A stretch of DNA of 64,000 bases from Vicugna vicugna (Eukaryota). The notes under the pieces are model-generated. The model was given only the letters and a program-made list of their open reading frames with translations. It made no database searches and was not told where the DNA came from. Each line of letters opens with the position of its first letter. The first letter of the stretch is position 1. The position numbers and the translations under genes were made by a program. Below, in pieces: positions 38,326-51,837 of the stretch. Location: contig MU058065.1 of NCBI GenBank assembly GCA_013265495.1, positions 5,306,976 through 5,370,975 of the forward strand. Reading direction: 5' to 3'.

Positions 38326-39002
38326 TGATCTTTCCCTTGTTGTTGAGATATTGATCACATCAGGGTTGTCCTTGATACTCATTTAAGGGCTGCATAACAA
38401 TGAGACGGGTAGCGGGAAGTGTAGGTTCACACCACAGGGCTAAGGAGATTGCTGTGTACATCGGTACCTTCTCTTAGCACAAGCCTTCTGGATGGGTGGT
38501 CTGCAGACCATCAGAACCAAAATCACCTGGGAAGCTTGTTAAAGATTCTCGCTCCTGGGCCCTAATCCACACTTGCTCAATCAGATTGCTGAGGCTGGGG
38601 CCCTAATACACTAATATTTAAGAACCACAAACTTCAGAGAACCACAAAACCGCTCTCAAATGATCTGTGGACCATCTATTGGCACTAATTTGGGTGGGGC
38701 AGGGGGAAGTTGAGGGGGAACTGGAGAGGTATTTTTCCATATTGGTCCCATAAAGTATACAGTGGCAAAAAATACATTTAAATAGAATCAGTCATCTGTT
38801 CCCTGACAAAACTATTTTTAGGAAAAGAAAAGAAACACACCCATCCCCCCCAAAAGTTGAAACTGGAGGGAAATTCAGTTGTTAACTATAAGGCTATTTT
38901 GGTTTGTTTTCATTCATTTTTAGTTTGGTTTGATTTATTTTCCTCTTGAAAGATGTTGAAGTTTAAGCCTGCAACACTCACATTCCTTAAAATGTTCTTG
39001 CT

Positions 39003-39087
39003 GGGGGTGGAGAATAGCTCAGTGGTAGAGCACATGCTTAGCATGCACGAGGTCTTAGGTTCAATCCCCAATACCTCCATTAAAAAA
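39003..39087 (+). mobile_element. tRNA-Ala-derived SINE (Vic-1-like) with poly(A) and TSD
   Basis: tagctcagtggtagagcacatgcttagcatgcacgaggtcttaggttcaatcccc; TSD aaaatgttcttgc / aaaaagttcatgc. Confidence 0.92.
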
Positions 39088-39337
39088 AAAAAGTTCATGC
39101 CCTGCAATTTCCAAGGAAATCTGAAGTTAGCGGTCTCACAGGAATGATGCCAGAGTTTGTGGCAGGGAGCGGCCCACAAGCTCCTAGCACCCACAAGAGA
39201 CAGAGTGGTGCTGTAAGCACTAGTGAATTACCCAGCCTGATAGGTCTCCTGGGGGAAAAGAACTATATTTAGAAATACTGTCATAGAAACACAGAATTTC
39301 AGACCTGGAAAGAACTTCAAGGATTATCCGGTGGCGT

Positions 39338-39810
39338 TGCAATAGAGAAGAACAAATCTGACTCCATATTGGATCTGTTTCTTTAACTTTTGTATTCTGT
39401 TGCTTTTGCTACAAGTTAATCATTAAAGGGATGTTGCCTGTAAGTTTGAAATATACATAATGGCCCATCTCTAAGAGCCCTGCCTCTCAGGTGATGAGAA
39501 TTAAGCTAAAATGCCTTTAGCTCACAGGAAACATCCTGACCAGGCCCACCTGGGAATGACTGCAGGAAGGAAGAAACTGACACATCCCCTCGGAGGCTGA
39601 CTGGAATCAGGAAGGGTTTGACTTTACTCCCTCCCCTCTTAGTATAAAAGAAGCAGAAGCTCTAACTCAGGCAAGATGGTTCTTTGGGACACTAGTCTGC
39701 TATCTTCTTGGTCTGCTCACTTTCTGAATAAAGTCACTATTCCTTATCCCAGCAACTCGGCCCTCCATTTACTGGCCTGCCAGTGGTGAGCAGTATGACC
39801 TTGGACTTGG
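39338..39810 (+). mobile_element. ERV1 solo LTR, MER41-like (cetartiodactyl type), inserted in a MIR
   Basis: Starts TGCAATAG; TATAAAA 39643; AATAAA 39727; 3' block caagatggttctttgggacactagtc...gagcagtatgaccttggacttgg typical of MER41-group LTRs. Confidence 0.75.
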
Positions 39811-40877
39811 CTGGAGAGTCCTCAACAGTTACAGACTAGAGGTGTGAGGAGATCTGCCAGCACTGAGAACCCAGACTGGGGCTCCTTCCTCCTAGTCCAG
39901 GTTCTAACAACACACCAGTGTTCCCTGAAGGTCATTTATTGGTATAACCCTTTGCAATTTTATCTCCTTTTTCATCCATGCTATTATGAACATTTCTCTC
40001 TAAATCAATTCATGTTTTTACTCAAATTTATTCAAGAAGCAAAGTTTGAGCCAGGATTGTAAATGGCAGATAAACGCAGTTGCAAGAAGAAGATCCCAAC
40101 CCTCCTTGTTTGAACTCACTGAAACTCGTGGACCAGGTGGATTTAGGTAAGGAGGGGCGCTCTTCTAAATTCCAGCCTTCCTGAGGCTCTTAGGTTGGAG
40201 CCTGCTCTCTCTTTGTCAAAAGGAGGGTTTGGCCAGGGTCAGAGGACTGTTACAGCCAGCCCACTGTTCAACTGAGATTCAACTTAATGCAACTGAGGAT
40301 TAAAAGGAGAACGGAAAAGGGGGTGTAATTTTAAAAATAATTTAAAATCAACCCTACCTACCACTATCTCTGGCCCACCAGCGGGGCCAGTCTTTGGCTA
40401 AGGATGCCTACACTTTGGTTAAGGCTATGCTTCACCACCTGCCCTGCTGTCCCGGGCCAGGTTCTCACTCTTCCATTTCTCCCCCTCGACTGCTTCTGTC
40501 TGTGCCGTGCAGAGACATTAGACCCTGTCACAGGGGAACTGGCAATGGTCACCCCTTTCCAGCTAAAAGCATGAATGAAGAGGCAGTTTGCTCTTTTCCT
40601 TTCTTTCCCTGATGGTGACTACGATGCTTTAAAGCAATGAAATGTACACAGGTGAGAGGTCTTAAATTATCCCTCTGCTCAAGCATCTAACATGTCTCCT
40701 GCTACCTATAAAACAAAGTACATATCCCTTTGTCCAGCATTTAAGGCCCTCTGCCACTTGATCCCAGCGTGCTTTTCACAGAATCAAAGTCCTGGAGAGT
40801 TAGGAAGGGTTTAAGACTCCTTCCATCCCCATAGAGTCTCTAGCCAGCCCTCCAGGACTTTAGACTCCACCACAGAT

Positions 40878-41170
40878 CATGGCCCTCATCCTTGCTGCCC
40901 ATTAGAATTGCCTGAGGAACTCTGAAAACTCCCCAAATCTGGCTGCACCCAAGACCCACCGAATGTTGGGTGAGTCTTCTGTAGGTGGAACCAAATCAAA
41001 CCACCAGTTTTAAAAACTCAGGTGATTCCCGTGTGCAGCTAAGCAAACCACTCCTCTTGGGCCACATCTCATATCTACAGAAGCATGATCTCCTGGGGTG
41101 GGATCCGGGAATCCATATTTTAAATAGACACACAGGGCAATGTAATGTGAAACCAGGTTTGAGAACCAGA
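40878..41170. mobile_element. Two MER5-family MITE remnants
   Basis: gctgcccattagaattgcctgaggaac...caggtgattcccgtgtgcagctaag; ccaggtttgagaacca. Confidence 0.7.
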
Positions 41171-42360
41171 TGTAGTCCAACTTCCACAGTCTATAGATTA
41201 ACAAACAGAAGCCTCAAGTTGCTAAATCACAGAGCCTACATCAAAAACTAGTTAGTGGCAGAACGGAAAGCAGAATCCATGTCCAAAGCTCCTCCCATGA
41301 TGCTCTGCTGCTTTCTAAACTTTTCTCACTCCAGCTTTCATATACACCTTCTCCTCCTGCCGGGCCCATCTGTCCACTGACCCCTAAATTCATTCTGATT
41401 TTTGTCACGGTGGTGCCACCACCCCCACCGGGAACAGCCATGTCATTTCTGCCAATTTACCTAAGTCCCGGCGTGGTTTCCTTTTAAGCTGTTTCTACTT
41501 CCTGCATAAGCTTTCTCAGCCTCTGCTCTAGTATGCCACCTCTCCTTTCTCTCCACCCCTGCGGCACTGATAGTCACAGTTTAGCACTGAGCTATTCTGT
41601 AATAATGTGAGATAGAAACTCCCAGAGGACAGAGACTACAGCTGTGTTCTTCTCACATCTGCCCAGTGCACTCAGAGTAAGCACTCAACAAATGCTCTTC
41701 CATTCCCAGACAGCAAGCCTCGGGACTCTTTCAAGCATACCTTGTTGAAAATCACCTTTTGGGCCCCTTTCAAAAATCTGTTGCAAGAGGAAAGGGGGAA
41801 AAAAAGAATTACTTTCTGCATTTCTCTTTTTTTTTTCGTATTTCTTTTTTTTTTTTTTTAAGTCTTGGGGTTTATGTCACTTAGAATCAAGTGGCAGGGA
41901 ACTTGATGCCCGGGTACCCAACTTACCAAGAGACCAGCATGACACATGCATAGATGTTAAGCATGTCTTCTTTCATGTGCTTTCTCTCAGCAAATGTCAA
42001 TGGCTTTTCAGAATAAGAGACAATCCTGGGCTATTGCAGCACCTGCACGTGTGTTACTAGAACCACTCAGTCTTAGAAGTAAGCAGAAAATCCCCCTAAT
42101 GCCTCAGGGAATAAACGGAAATGTGAATATGGCAGTTCTCAACCCTCACCTCTTCAGCGCTTGACTCAACTGATGTCTTCAAATCCAAAAGCACCAAAGC
42201 TTCCAAACCCTGAGTTCGGCTTTAAGATTTCTCATTAAGAAAACTCTCTGGTTTCTAATTGGTTTTACTAGAGCTTTGCCACATTGGATAGATTTTTTGT
42301 GTGTGCAAATAAGTGACCAAGGTATATATTATCTTGCTATGGTTAACACTGAGGATTTCA

Positions 42361-42990
42361 TGGTGGTAGAAATGTAAAAAGTGCATCACTTTGGTAACTA
42401 GTCTAGCAGCTCCTCAAAAGGTTAACCATAGAGTTACCACAGGATCCAGCAACTCCCCTCCTAGGTATATCACACACCAACACAAAAACTCATACATAAA
42501 TATTCATAGCAGCATTACTGACAATAGCTGAAAAGTGGAAACAACCCAAATGTCCACCAACTGATGAATCAATCAATAAAATATGGTATACCCATACAAG
42601 GGAACATTATTCAGCCACGAAAAGGAATGAAGTACAAACACATGCTTCAGCATAGATGAACCTTGAAAACATCATGCTAAGTGAAAGATGCCAGTCACAA
42701 AAAAACTACACGGCATAAGATCATATTCATATGAAATATAAAAAATCTATAGAGACAGAAAGTGGATTAGAAACTGCCAAAGGCTGTGGGAGAAAAGGGT
42801 TGGGGAGAACTAGGAAGTGACTGCTAAAGGGAATAGGGTTTCTTTGCCGAGAGATGGAATGTTCTAAAGTAGATTACAGTGATGGTTGTACAACTGAATA
42901 AACTAAAAACCACTGCATAATACACCTTACATGGGTGAATCATAAGGTATGTGAATTATATCTCAATAAAGCTGTTACTTTTTTTAAAGT
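42361..42990 (+). mobile_element. LINE-1 L1MB-type 3' fragment
   Basis: catagcagcatt...ggaaacaacccaaatgtccacc...gatgaaccttgaaaacatcatgctaagtgaaag...gaattatatctcaataaagctgtt. Confidence 0.93.
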
Positions 42991-43004
42991 TTAAAAAGAA
43001 AAGA

Positions 43005-43190
43005 TCACCAGTTCCAATCCCTCTGTATACCTCTTACTATCTGTATAATCTTGAGCAGCTTGTTTAACCTAAGCCTCAGTTTCCTCATCTGTAAAACAGA
43101 CCTGAATTATTGTAAAGATTAAATAAAATAATCCATCTGGAGGGTTTAAACTTACAGTAAGTTGTCAATAAATATTAGATATGGATATTA
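43005..43190 (+). mobile_element. MIR SINE
   Basis: aagcctcagtttcctcatctgtaaaa core. Confidence 0.85.
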
Positions 43191-43399
43191 TCATTTCCTA
43201 CCTCCTGGAGGAAGACTGTAAATTTGGAAGCCTCCTGCCATAAAGCCAACTGAATTTTATGTAAGTGGCAGAAATAACATCAAAAAAGGGACTCAGAAAT
43301 AAGAGGAAATCTTCTAGGGAAGATTTTCGCTCCAGCCAGAGCCCACTTCTTGCCTCCAACCCCCCACCACCAAAGTGAAAAAGGATTTAAAGGTATTTT

Positions 43400-44540
43400 T
43401 CATCAACCAAAGTGAAAAGACAACCTACAGAATTGGAAAAAAAAATTTGCAAGCCATATATCTGATAAAGGATCAAGCTCCAAAATACATAGAACTTACA
43501 CAATTCATTAGCAAAATGACAAGTAACCCAATTAAAAAAAATGGTCAAAGGACCTGAATAGAAATTTCTCCAAAGAAAATATACAAACAGCAAATAAGTA
43601 CATGTAAAGATGAACTACATCACTAATCATCAGGGAAATGCAAATTAAAACCGCAATGAGATATCATCTCACACCTGTTAAAATGGCCATCCTCCAAATG
43701 CTGGCATGGATGTGGAGAAAAGGGAGCCCTTGTGCACTGTTGATGGGATTGCAAATTGGTACAGCCACTAAGGTATAATATATGGAGGAGCCTCAAAAAA
43801 TTAAAAATAGAACCACCATATGACCCAGCAATTCCACTTCTGGGACTACATCCAAAGGAAAGGAAAACACTAACTTCTTGAAAATATATCTGCACTTCCA
43901 TGTTCATAGCAGCATTGTTTACAATAGCCAAGACATGGAAACAACTTAAGTATCCACAGATGGATGAATGGATAAAGAAATTGTGGTATATATATCAGAA
44001 TATTATTCTGCCATAAAAAGCAAGGAACCCCCCTCCCCATTTGTAACAATATGGGTGGACCTTGAAGGTATTATGCAAAGTGAAAAAAGTCAGAGAAAGA
44101 CAAATACTGTATGATCTCACTAATATGTATAATCTAAGAAAACAAACAAACAAACAAATTCACAGAAAGAGATCAAACTTGTGGTTGGCAGAGGTTGGGG
44201 AGAAGAGGAATTGGTGGAAGGGGATAAAAAGGTACAAACTTCCGATTACAAGAGAGATAAGCACTAGGGATGTCACATGCAACGTGACGATTACAGCTCA
44301 CACTACAGCTACGATATTTAAGAAAGTTTTAAGAGACTTAATCCTAAGAGTTCTCCTCGCAAGGAAAACAAAATTTTCTCTTTTTTTCTCTTTTCTTTTT
44401 ATTGTATCTATATGAAAAGATGGCTGTTAACTGAACCTCTTGTGGTCATCATTTTACAATACATGTAAATCAAACCACCACGCTGTACGCCTTTAACTTA
44501 CACAGTGATGTATGTTAACTATCTCTCAGTAAAACTGAGG
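43400..44540 (+). mobile_element. 5'-truncated LINE-1 (L1MA9/laurasiatherian type): ORF2 3' remnant plus 3' UTR
   Basis: aaaagacaacctacagaattgg, catcactaatcatcagggaaatgcaaattaaaacc, tatgacccagcaattccacttctggg; frame disrupted. Confidence 0.93.
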
Positions 44541-45875
44541 TAGGGCAAGAGATTCTTCCCCTGTCTGCAAAATTTCCATTCAGTGAGCTGCCATTTCGGC
44601 TGCTGCAGTGACATTCCAGAACTTCTGGAGGCTTCGAAGAGCTAACCAAGAGAAGAACAGTGTATTTAATTAAAGCACTGGGTGGAAGGCAAACGGAAGA
44701 ATGCTCACCTGCTGGGTGCACCTCACAATCTTCACAGGCTCAGAAAAATTCCATTCTGAAGGGCATTAAAGCTATTACTATCTGGAGCAGCCAGCCAGTG
44801 AGAAATTATGCTCTGGGTTTCAGCTCAGCCAGCTTTCATTACTGCTGAGAAATATCACCATATAATTCAACCCAGCTCAAGTCTTAACCTCCTCTCTCAA
44901 GACTTTCTGACTATCCCAGTCCCCAGCGATTACTCCCACCATTGAATTCCCGTAGGATTAATGCGATAACATGAAATCACCCAAGGACCAAGGCCGGCAC
45001 GTTAGCGACTGCTCAAAAACCATCTCCCAGCCATTCTGGAGCACTGATTCCCAGCACTGGCCCTGTGGCTCCCAGCAAATTCTACCCTGTGTTGTCACTT
45101 CTTTTTTTATCTAGCCATTTCCCACCTCCCCAGCTCATCTGGAAGCCCAGGGAGGACAGGGGCCCCATCACATAGTTCCCATTTCCCAGCATCATGAGTT
45201 CCTCTGTAATCAGGTACTTGATAAATATTTATTTGTGATGATAATCCCTGTCCCCACTTTCTTCCGCAGAATAATGTCAATGAATATGTCGGGGAAAGTA
45301 GTAACAGAAGTAGTAATCAATGTAAAGATCTGTTTCGCCATTTTGAATTCCAGTCAAAGCTGCGTGAATAGATGGGAAAACTGATTTTTAAAACAACAGG
45401 AGCAGAACAAAGCTGTGCTTCACAAAGGGCAAAATGTACTCAAGGAAAGTTTATTGCGTACCTAGTTGATTCAATCAACCCCAACCTCCGTCAGGTTGCA
45501 AAGTGAGTTCAGTGCTGACTCTCTAAGGGGTCAGGGTAGGAAGTATCCCAGAGACAGGTGATGGAATCTGAAAAAAGGAGGTTTGCATCTCAGTCCTACT
45601 TGCTCGAGTTGGACACGTTACAGAACAGCTCTCAGCCTCGATTACCTGGCCTGGCACTTGTGAGACAATAAAATCTGTATCTTAGTATCATTGTGAAGTG
45701 AAAGGCTCAATAGAGGGCAGTTATTATGACTGTGGTGCTGTAATCAGGAACTTTTGGAGGTGCCAGGATACCCTGCACCCCCAAACCCTTTCTCAGCCAC
45801 TCACTGAGTTATCTGGGATAAGTCAAAGCTGCCTTTCCTGTAAAATGGGAATAATCACGTCTACCATTTAGTGCC

Positions 45876-46330
45876 TGTGACAAAGATCACTAGTTATTCA
45901 TCAGATGTTCCATTTCCTCTTCTGCCTGGGAACTTATCTAGGCTACATTTGCCAGCCACCCTGGTAGTCAAGGATGTCCCTGAGACTCAGCCTTAAGTCA
46001 ATGAAATGGATACAGGGATGATAACGCGTAACTTCTGAGCGGCATCATAAAAGCACCCCCCTCAACTCTTCTTCATGCTCTCCTCACTCCCTCCCTCTGG
46101 ATTACTGGCATTAAAGGAAGACTTGGGAGCTCTGTGTTGTAAAAGGCAGAGTTTCTATCTGCCTGGGTCCCCACGTCTCTGCGTGGAACAGAGGTCCCAC
46201 CTCTGTGATTCACCCCCATCCTTGATACCACTGTCCTGGAACCAAACTGGACTATTCTTGTAAAGGAAAAATAAGACACTTAAATGGGGGGGAGGGGGTT
46301 GCTATAGCAGTTTAACACTGATTCTAATAC
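45876..46330 (+). mobile_element. MLT1I/J-like MaLR LTR nested in a MIR
   Basis: ctacatttgccagccaccc...gcctgggtcccc...gcgtggaacagag...ttgctatagcag...ctaatac. Confidence 0.75.
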
Positions 46331-49300
46331 TTGTCCATATACACAGGCTTTTGAGAAAGAATTAAACAAATTAATAGATAAAAAAACTCCTGAGTCATAA
46401 TAGCTCAATAATGGTTAATTCTTTTCCATTCCAGAGTCTGCTACACACCCACAAGAGTTTTCCAGGAATAGTTAAACACACAGACTGGAGCTAACCCTTA
46501 AGCTTACTATCACGTAACACTTTGGGGAGAATTCTGACCATTTACATCTTTAAATCATTCTGATCTAGGATGTGGCACTTGCTTTGAAACCTAACTTGAA
46601 GCTGAGAGAGGCAGAGATCCTGGCACACAGACACCCCCATCACTCAGTGGACAGCAGGCCCTTTCAAGTTTTCCAAAGCAGATCAAACTTACTTGTAATT
46701 TAGTAGGGGTTCCGTAGTCACATATAATACATCTTTTTTTTCTTACTGTGACCAATTTGGGACTGTTTCTTTTTTGTTTCTTTTCCAATGGAAATGTTTG
46801 TTCAGGGTTGATATAAAATTCCGTAGGGCTCAACAGCCACATAGAAAAACATTTACAACTATCACTTTTACTCTAGTAACTTCTTCTCCAAGTCTGGATC
46901 TAGTTCTTTTAAAGTGTAACCCTGATTAAAGTCGGCCAGCCAAGCTCCATCTCACAGCCGAGTCCATGATAATGCACAGGTGGGGCACAGGAGGAAGTTG
47001 TTGATGGCGATGCAGTGAGAGTGATGGAGGAGGGACAGACAGGGAGGGCCGGCCTGGAGGATGAGAGGATGGAGGTAACAGAGATGGATGAGAGAGAAGC
47101 CAGGGGTAAGGCCAGCATCATGATCACAGAACACGTCTATGGAAAGCAGGAAATTATGGTCAGAAACAACAAAAGAGATTTGGAGAAAATGATATTAGTC
47201 ATTACTGTTTCATGGGAAAATAATTTTCAATAGACTGGATTGATGTATCTGGGAGGTGGGGGCTAGGGCCAAGAGTTCATTCTGGACATAACCAAGAAGA
47301 GCTCCCCTGCCATGTCTCCTGCTCTGACACACATGGGCTGCTGTGGCCTGTGACAGGCAGTGGGAGAGAAGCAAGTGAACATACTGAATGGCCATGGCCA
47401 GATATGTGGGCCCACCAGGCACCCAACTGTCTGGAGTCACTTCAGACTGATACTCTTTGAGTTTACTATCTATTTAGTGGGGCAGAGGAGGCATTTATTC
47501 TCCAAGTTCCATTGAGGGGCGCTGTCTACTTCCCTGGTCCCTTGTAATGACCTGAATTAGCTATGACGCTACTTCCAATTTTTTTGGTGATCTCTTTTAA
47601 CACTGAGCTATCACTCAGCAGGCCTGCCCCTTAACTGGACTCTTCTGAGTCATCTTCTGTTTTGCAGTAATGCCAGGGAGCAAATGCAAACCAGGCACAC
47701 CGCCTCTTTTTAACCCATCCCTCTTCTTTCCCACCCGGAAGCTCATCTGCTTTCAGGATGAAGAGCCCTTCCAAGCACATCAGGACTGACTCTTCAGCAC
47801 AACCCAGTGTGGAATCACACCCTACATTGCTAAGGACTCACTTTGGGAAAGGAGGCATGAGAAGGCAGAGAGCAAGCAAATCGGCACAATTAGGGGAGAA
47901 ATATTTCCAACCAAACTGTCTATTAAATTAACATACACTCTCATGAGAACAGTGCAGCAATTCAATACTGAACTGAGGAAATAACAAGAGAGCGTCTCAC
48001 GGATGAGACAACCTGCCTCAGGGAGCTTCCTTCAGCTCGCCTGTTGTTTTTATCTCACTTCTACTCTGCAGCCTTCCTGCTGGAATTTTCTCTCTCTGAT
48101 AAAAATGTGTGTGCACGTTTGTGTATACATGTGTGTGTGGGAGAGTCTTTGCAGTCTGCAAAACTGAACCTCAACTAGGCTATTTCAGTTTTTCATGTTC
48201 CTGGATTGTGCAAACCATGAATGCATATAAGAGGGTTTCCAAATTATGCTAAGAGGATGAAAACAACTATACATATTTCATAGTTGTTTATATCTGATCA
48301 TAATGCTGAAATTAAAGAAAATCACAGTAAAGGAAAGCCTTTTTGTGACAGATTCCAAAGACCCAGGACACAGAAAGAAACAACTTAAATTTCAAAAACT
48401 CACAAGGTCTAGACCTCTCCTGTAATTTATAATAATTTGAGTCACTCCATAAAGTTTTTCAGTATTGCAAAACTAAACGGGACTGAAAATATACATATAA
48501 TTAATAAAATTTAATTCTTTACCCTTTCTCTCTCTCAAAAAAATAAATTACCTGACCTTCAAAACATGTCTGTGTCTAACTTTGTTAAGGGTCGTTTTTG
48601 TGTTTTCTTTTGGTGGAAGACTGATGGTTTAGTCCAAGCTGTCACTCCAAGTCTACGGGTTAAAAGGTCTCCATTTATTTATCTTGGATGCTCATATCGA
48701 CCAGTTAAATGGTTGAATAGCCATCAATGACTGAGAAAAACAGATATTTGAGAAGGAAAACATTTGGTCCTTGAAAAATTACAGAAGTTCTTTGGTTAAG
48801 TTTATTATTCACTAATTATTGACTAAGCATAAGAAGCTGTATATTTTCCTAGCTTTGAAAATAATAAATCATTCGAAGCGCCACACATTCTCAGTGGTGG
48901 GTAGAAATGGCTCTGCAGACCTATCGCAAACAGAGGCTGCAAGGAGCTTTTCTTTTCTAAGTACCAACATCCCAGAGATGTGAGACTCTGCCACAGGACC
49001 CACCTCCCCTCCCACACACACCACGTGATCGTGAAGCCACGTGTAAAGCTGGCCTGGATGGTGGTCAGTCACGGCAGCTCTACAGATGAGGGAGGAGCGT
49101 CCTACACTTGCGTGAGGCCCAGGATCCACTCTAAAAGCAAACTCTCCAGCTGCCTTCCCAGCATGGGTTACCCTCCCAGCTCCCTCACATCTGTCAGTGC
49201 CACCACCGGTCTCCATCAGTCATCACCAGCCCCTCTCCGACCTTCAGCCCCAGATGCAGTCTGTGACCAACCCCCATCGTCTTCACTCAGAGCCTCCCAG

Positions 49301-49484
49301 CTCAGCCCTTCTCTTCCTCAGGGAAGAATTTTTTCAAGTCTCAACAACTATAAGGCAATGCTGTTGTCAGGAAGTCTTGCCCAGTGTCACAGCCCTACTC
49401 CCAGCCTTTGCTTCCTCCAACACGCTTCTGTTCTGCCCTTGAGACACTGGCTACTGCAACAGGATCTGCTCTGGGGGCAGGTGT

Positions 49485-49605
49485 GGGGAGCACGAACCTT
49501 GCGGATTTTTGACTCCTGGCTTCCGGAATTGAGAGAGTAGATTTCAGTTGTTCTGCGCCACTCAGGTCATGGTGCTCTCTTACAGCAGCCACGAGAAACT
49601 AACAC
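49485..49605 (+). mobile_element. MLT1 LTR 3' fragment
   Basis: gactcctggcttccggaattgagagag...ttacagcagccacgagaaactaacaca. Confidence 0.7.
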
Positions 49606-51112
49606 AAGGGCAGAGAATTACCCAGATCATCAAAAGCTTGCCTAAAAACGGGTAACTGAGGCCACCATTAGCTTGAAAGCCTAAATGAGCTCCCTATCTG
49701 CATTGCTTCTCCCCTTTGCTTTGGATCTGTACAGGGATAGGTGATAGCCCCCGTGCAATTAATGATAATGACGATCATTACTTTTATCATGTTACCCACC
49801 ATTTATTAGGTGCCAAGCTCTGGGTACTTCCACAGGTTGTCTGTTCTGTTTCCTATCAGGCAGACCTGTCCCCATCTTTGGAAAACAACCACCCATAACA
49901 AAGGGAGCCTGAAAATAAATTCAGTTTATCCCTCTAGACATTTAAAGGGCCCTTTCCACTGGCAGCATCCACCCTAGACAAATTGCACTTTTCTGTTCAT
50001 TTATTTGTCACACCAGTACAACTGGGGGCTCCAGTCAGTCTCTTAATCTGCATTTTTCTGTTGGAGTTTCTGCTCTTGCCTTTGGTCCCCACTGAGGAAA
50101 CACGGGCCCCTCCTCCGAGGACAGCCCAGCCCCAGGAGCACAGGCTGTTCAGGCCCCTCATTCCTAACAGAGTTTCAGTGCTTGGCTCTGAGCGATCGCC
50201 CCCTTTCCTACAACCCCTCTGCAAAAACTATCAGAGGAGGCATCTGACAAAGAAAGCCCACCCTATCCTCGCCTGCTCCGTGGCCATTTCTGCAAACGGC
50301 ACTGTTGTGACAGGAAATTTCAAACAGATGCCCCTCGACCCTCAGTGCCCCCAAGGTGACTGAACATAGGTCAGCACGTGGCCTCTTCATCTGGTCAGAG
50401 CCAAAGCGCGGGCTTTTTCATTGGTGGTGCCAGCTGTTACAGCTGCAATCAATTAGGGACAAATTCTTTTCAAAGAAAGCCTTCCTTTTGTTATTGTTTT
50501 TGTTGCTCTTATCTTGCCTGGAGACATGCAGGGGGGAAATGCAAATTTATTTAAAAGGCCAGGTAAGCAAACAAAATATATTGTATGATTCATTGACAAT
50601 AGGAGACAGCATTTATGTCTAAAAAGAATAAGACCTCCTGGGAATCTCCAGAAAGAAGTTTAGGTAGAAATTTCTAGGATCTTTAATGGCTGACTTCAAA
50701 ACCGAGTTTCTCACTCTCTTTTCCCTCCCAATTTTTGCTAAAAGAACTACCACGCAGACAGCACTACACTTTCTTTTTTTTCCATTTCAGTTTGTCTTTG
50801 GGTGAGAGACACACCTGGATTAGGAACAAGACAAACCTGTAAGGAACCAGGTCTGGTTTACTACAAACAAACCAGAACTGGTACCACTGAGTGAGTTTGC
50901 TACCTTCCAAGAAGTTATGCTGGGAGATGAAACACTTATTCCAGCAGTGCCAGAACTGTATTCCAAATATCTTGGTGTTTCTCTTTGGAAAATGCCTTCA
51001 GAGTCAGTTTCTGAACCAACCACACGAAAAGCAGTGACTTGCATCACATTCAACCTCAATTTGGGGCCAAAACTGGCACTGCCACCTTGGTCATTCATTG
51101 TACTCACCAGAT

Positions 51113-51328
51113 CAGGGGTTCTCAACTGGGGGTGATTTTGCTCCCCTGGGGACATTAGCCAATGTCTGGAGACACATTTGATGGTTACAATTGGGTGGGA
51201 GAGCGTGCTCTTGGCATCCTGTGGGTAGAGGCTGGGGATGCTGTTAAACACCCTACAATGCTCAGAGAAGCCCTCACGACAAAGAACCATCCCAGAAACG
51301 TCAACAGTGCCGCCGTTGAGAAACCCTG
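51113..51328 (+). mobile_element. MER20 DNA transposon, full length
   Basis: TIRs caggggttctcaac / gttgagaaaccctg; collinear MER20 internal sequence. Confidence 0.93.
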
Positions 51329-51480
51329 CCTCTGACTAAGCCTCAAGTGACTGCAGGATGCCAAAAACCTCCTTCAGAAGACTGAGGTGTTTGGGGAAGA
51401 ATATCCTGAGCCTTTTGATAGTAATGTTAACAGTTAACAGCATTTTGAACAGAAGCAACATCATAAGAAAAAGATTTGGT

Positions 51481-51837
51481 ATAAGAGAAATGCAAATCAA
51501 AACTACAATGAGGTATCACCTCACATCAGTCAGAATGGCCATCATTCAAAAGTCCACAAATGACAAATGCTGGAGAGGCTGTGGAGAAAAGGGAACCCTC
51601 CTACACTGCTGGTGGGAATGCAGTTTGGTGCAGCCACTGTGGAAGACAGTATGCAGATTCATAGTCAAAAGACTAGGAATAGACTTAAGATATGACCCAG
51701 TCATCCTGCTCCTGGGCATATATCCAGAAGGAACCCTACTTCAAAATGACACCTGCACCCCAATGTTCATAGCAGCACTATTTACAATAGCCAAGACATG
51801 GAAACAGCCTAAATGTCCATCAACGATGACTGGATAA
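51481..51837 (+). pseudogene. L1 ORF2p C-terminal remnant (CCHC zinc knuckle)
   Basis: [14 protein letters not shown]...[18 protein letters not shown]...[20 protein letters not shown]; no endonuclease or RT domain; frame lost after CPS. Confidence 0.9.

Noticed and set aside
39003..39079. tRNA-Ala(AGC) genes (also at 9847, 9950 and 24585)
   Set aside because: In the best copy the acceptor stem does not pair and the T stem is mismatched. A-rich tails and TSDs mark the family as SINE insertions.
43623..44415. ORFs 43623-43931 (-) and 44062-44415 (+)
   Set aside because: They are antisense or 3' UTR readings of a decayed L1.
7757..47943. Shared 15-mer aaattaacatacact at about 7757 and 47925
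   Set aside because: A match of this length is expected by chance in 64 kb, and the flanks do not align.
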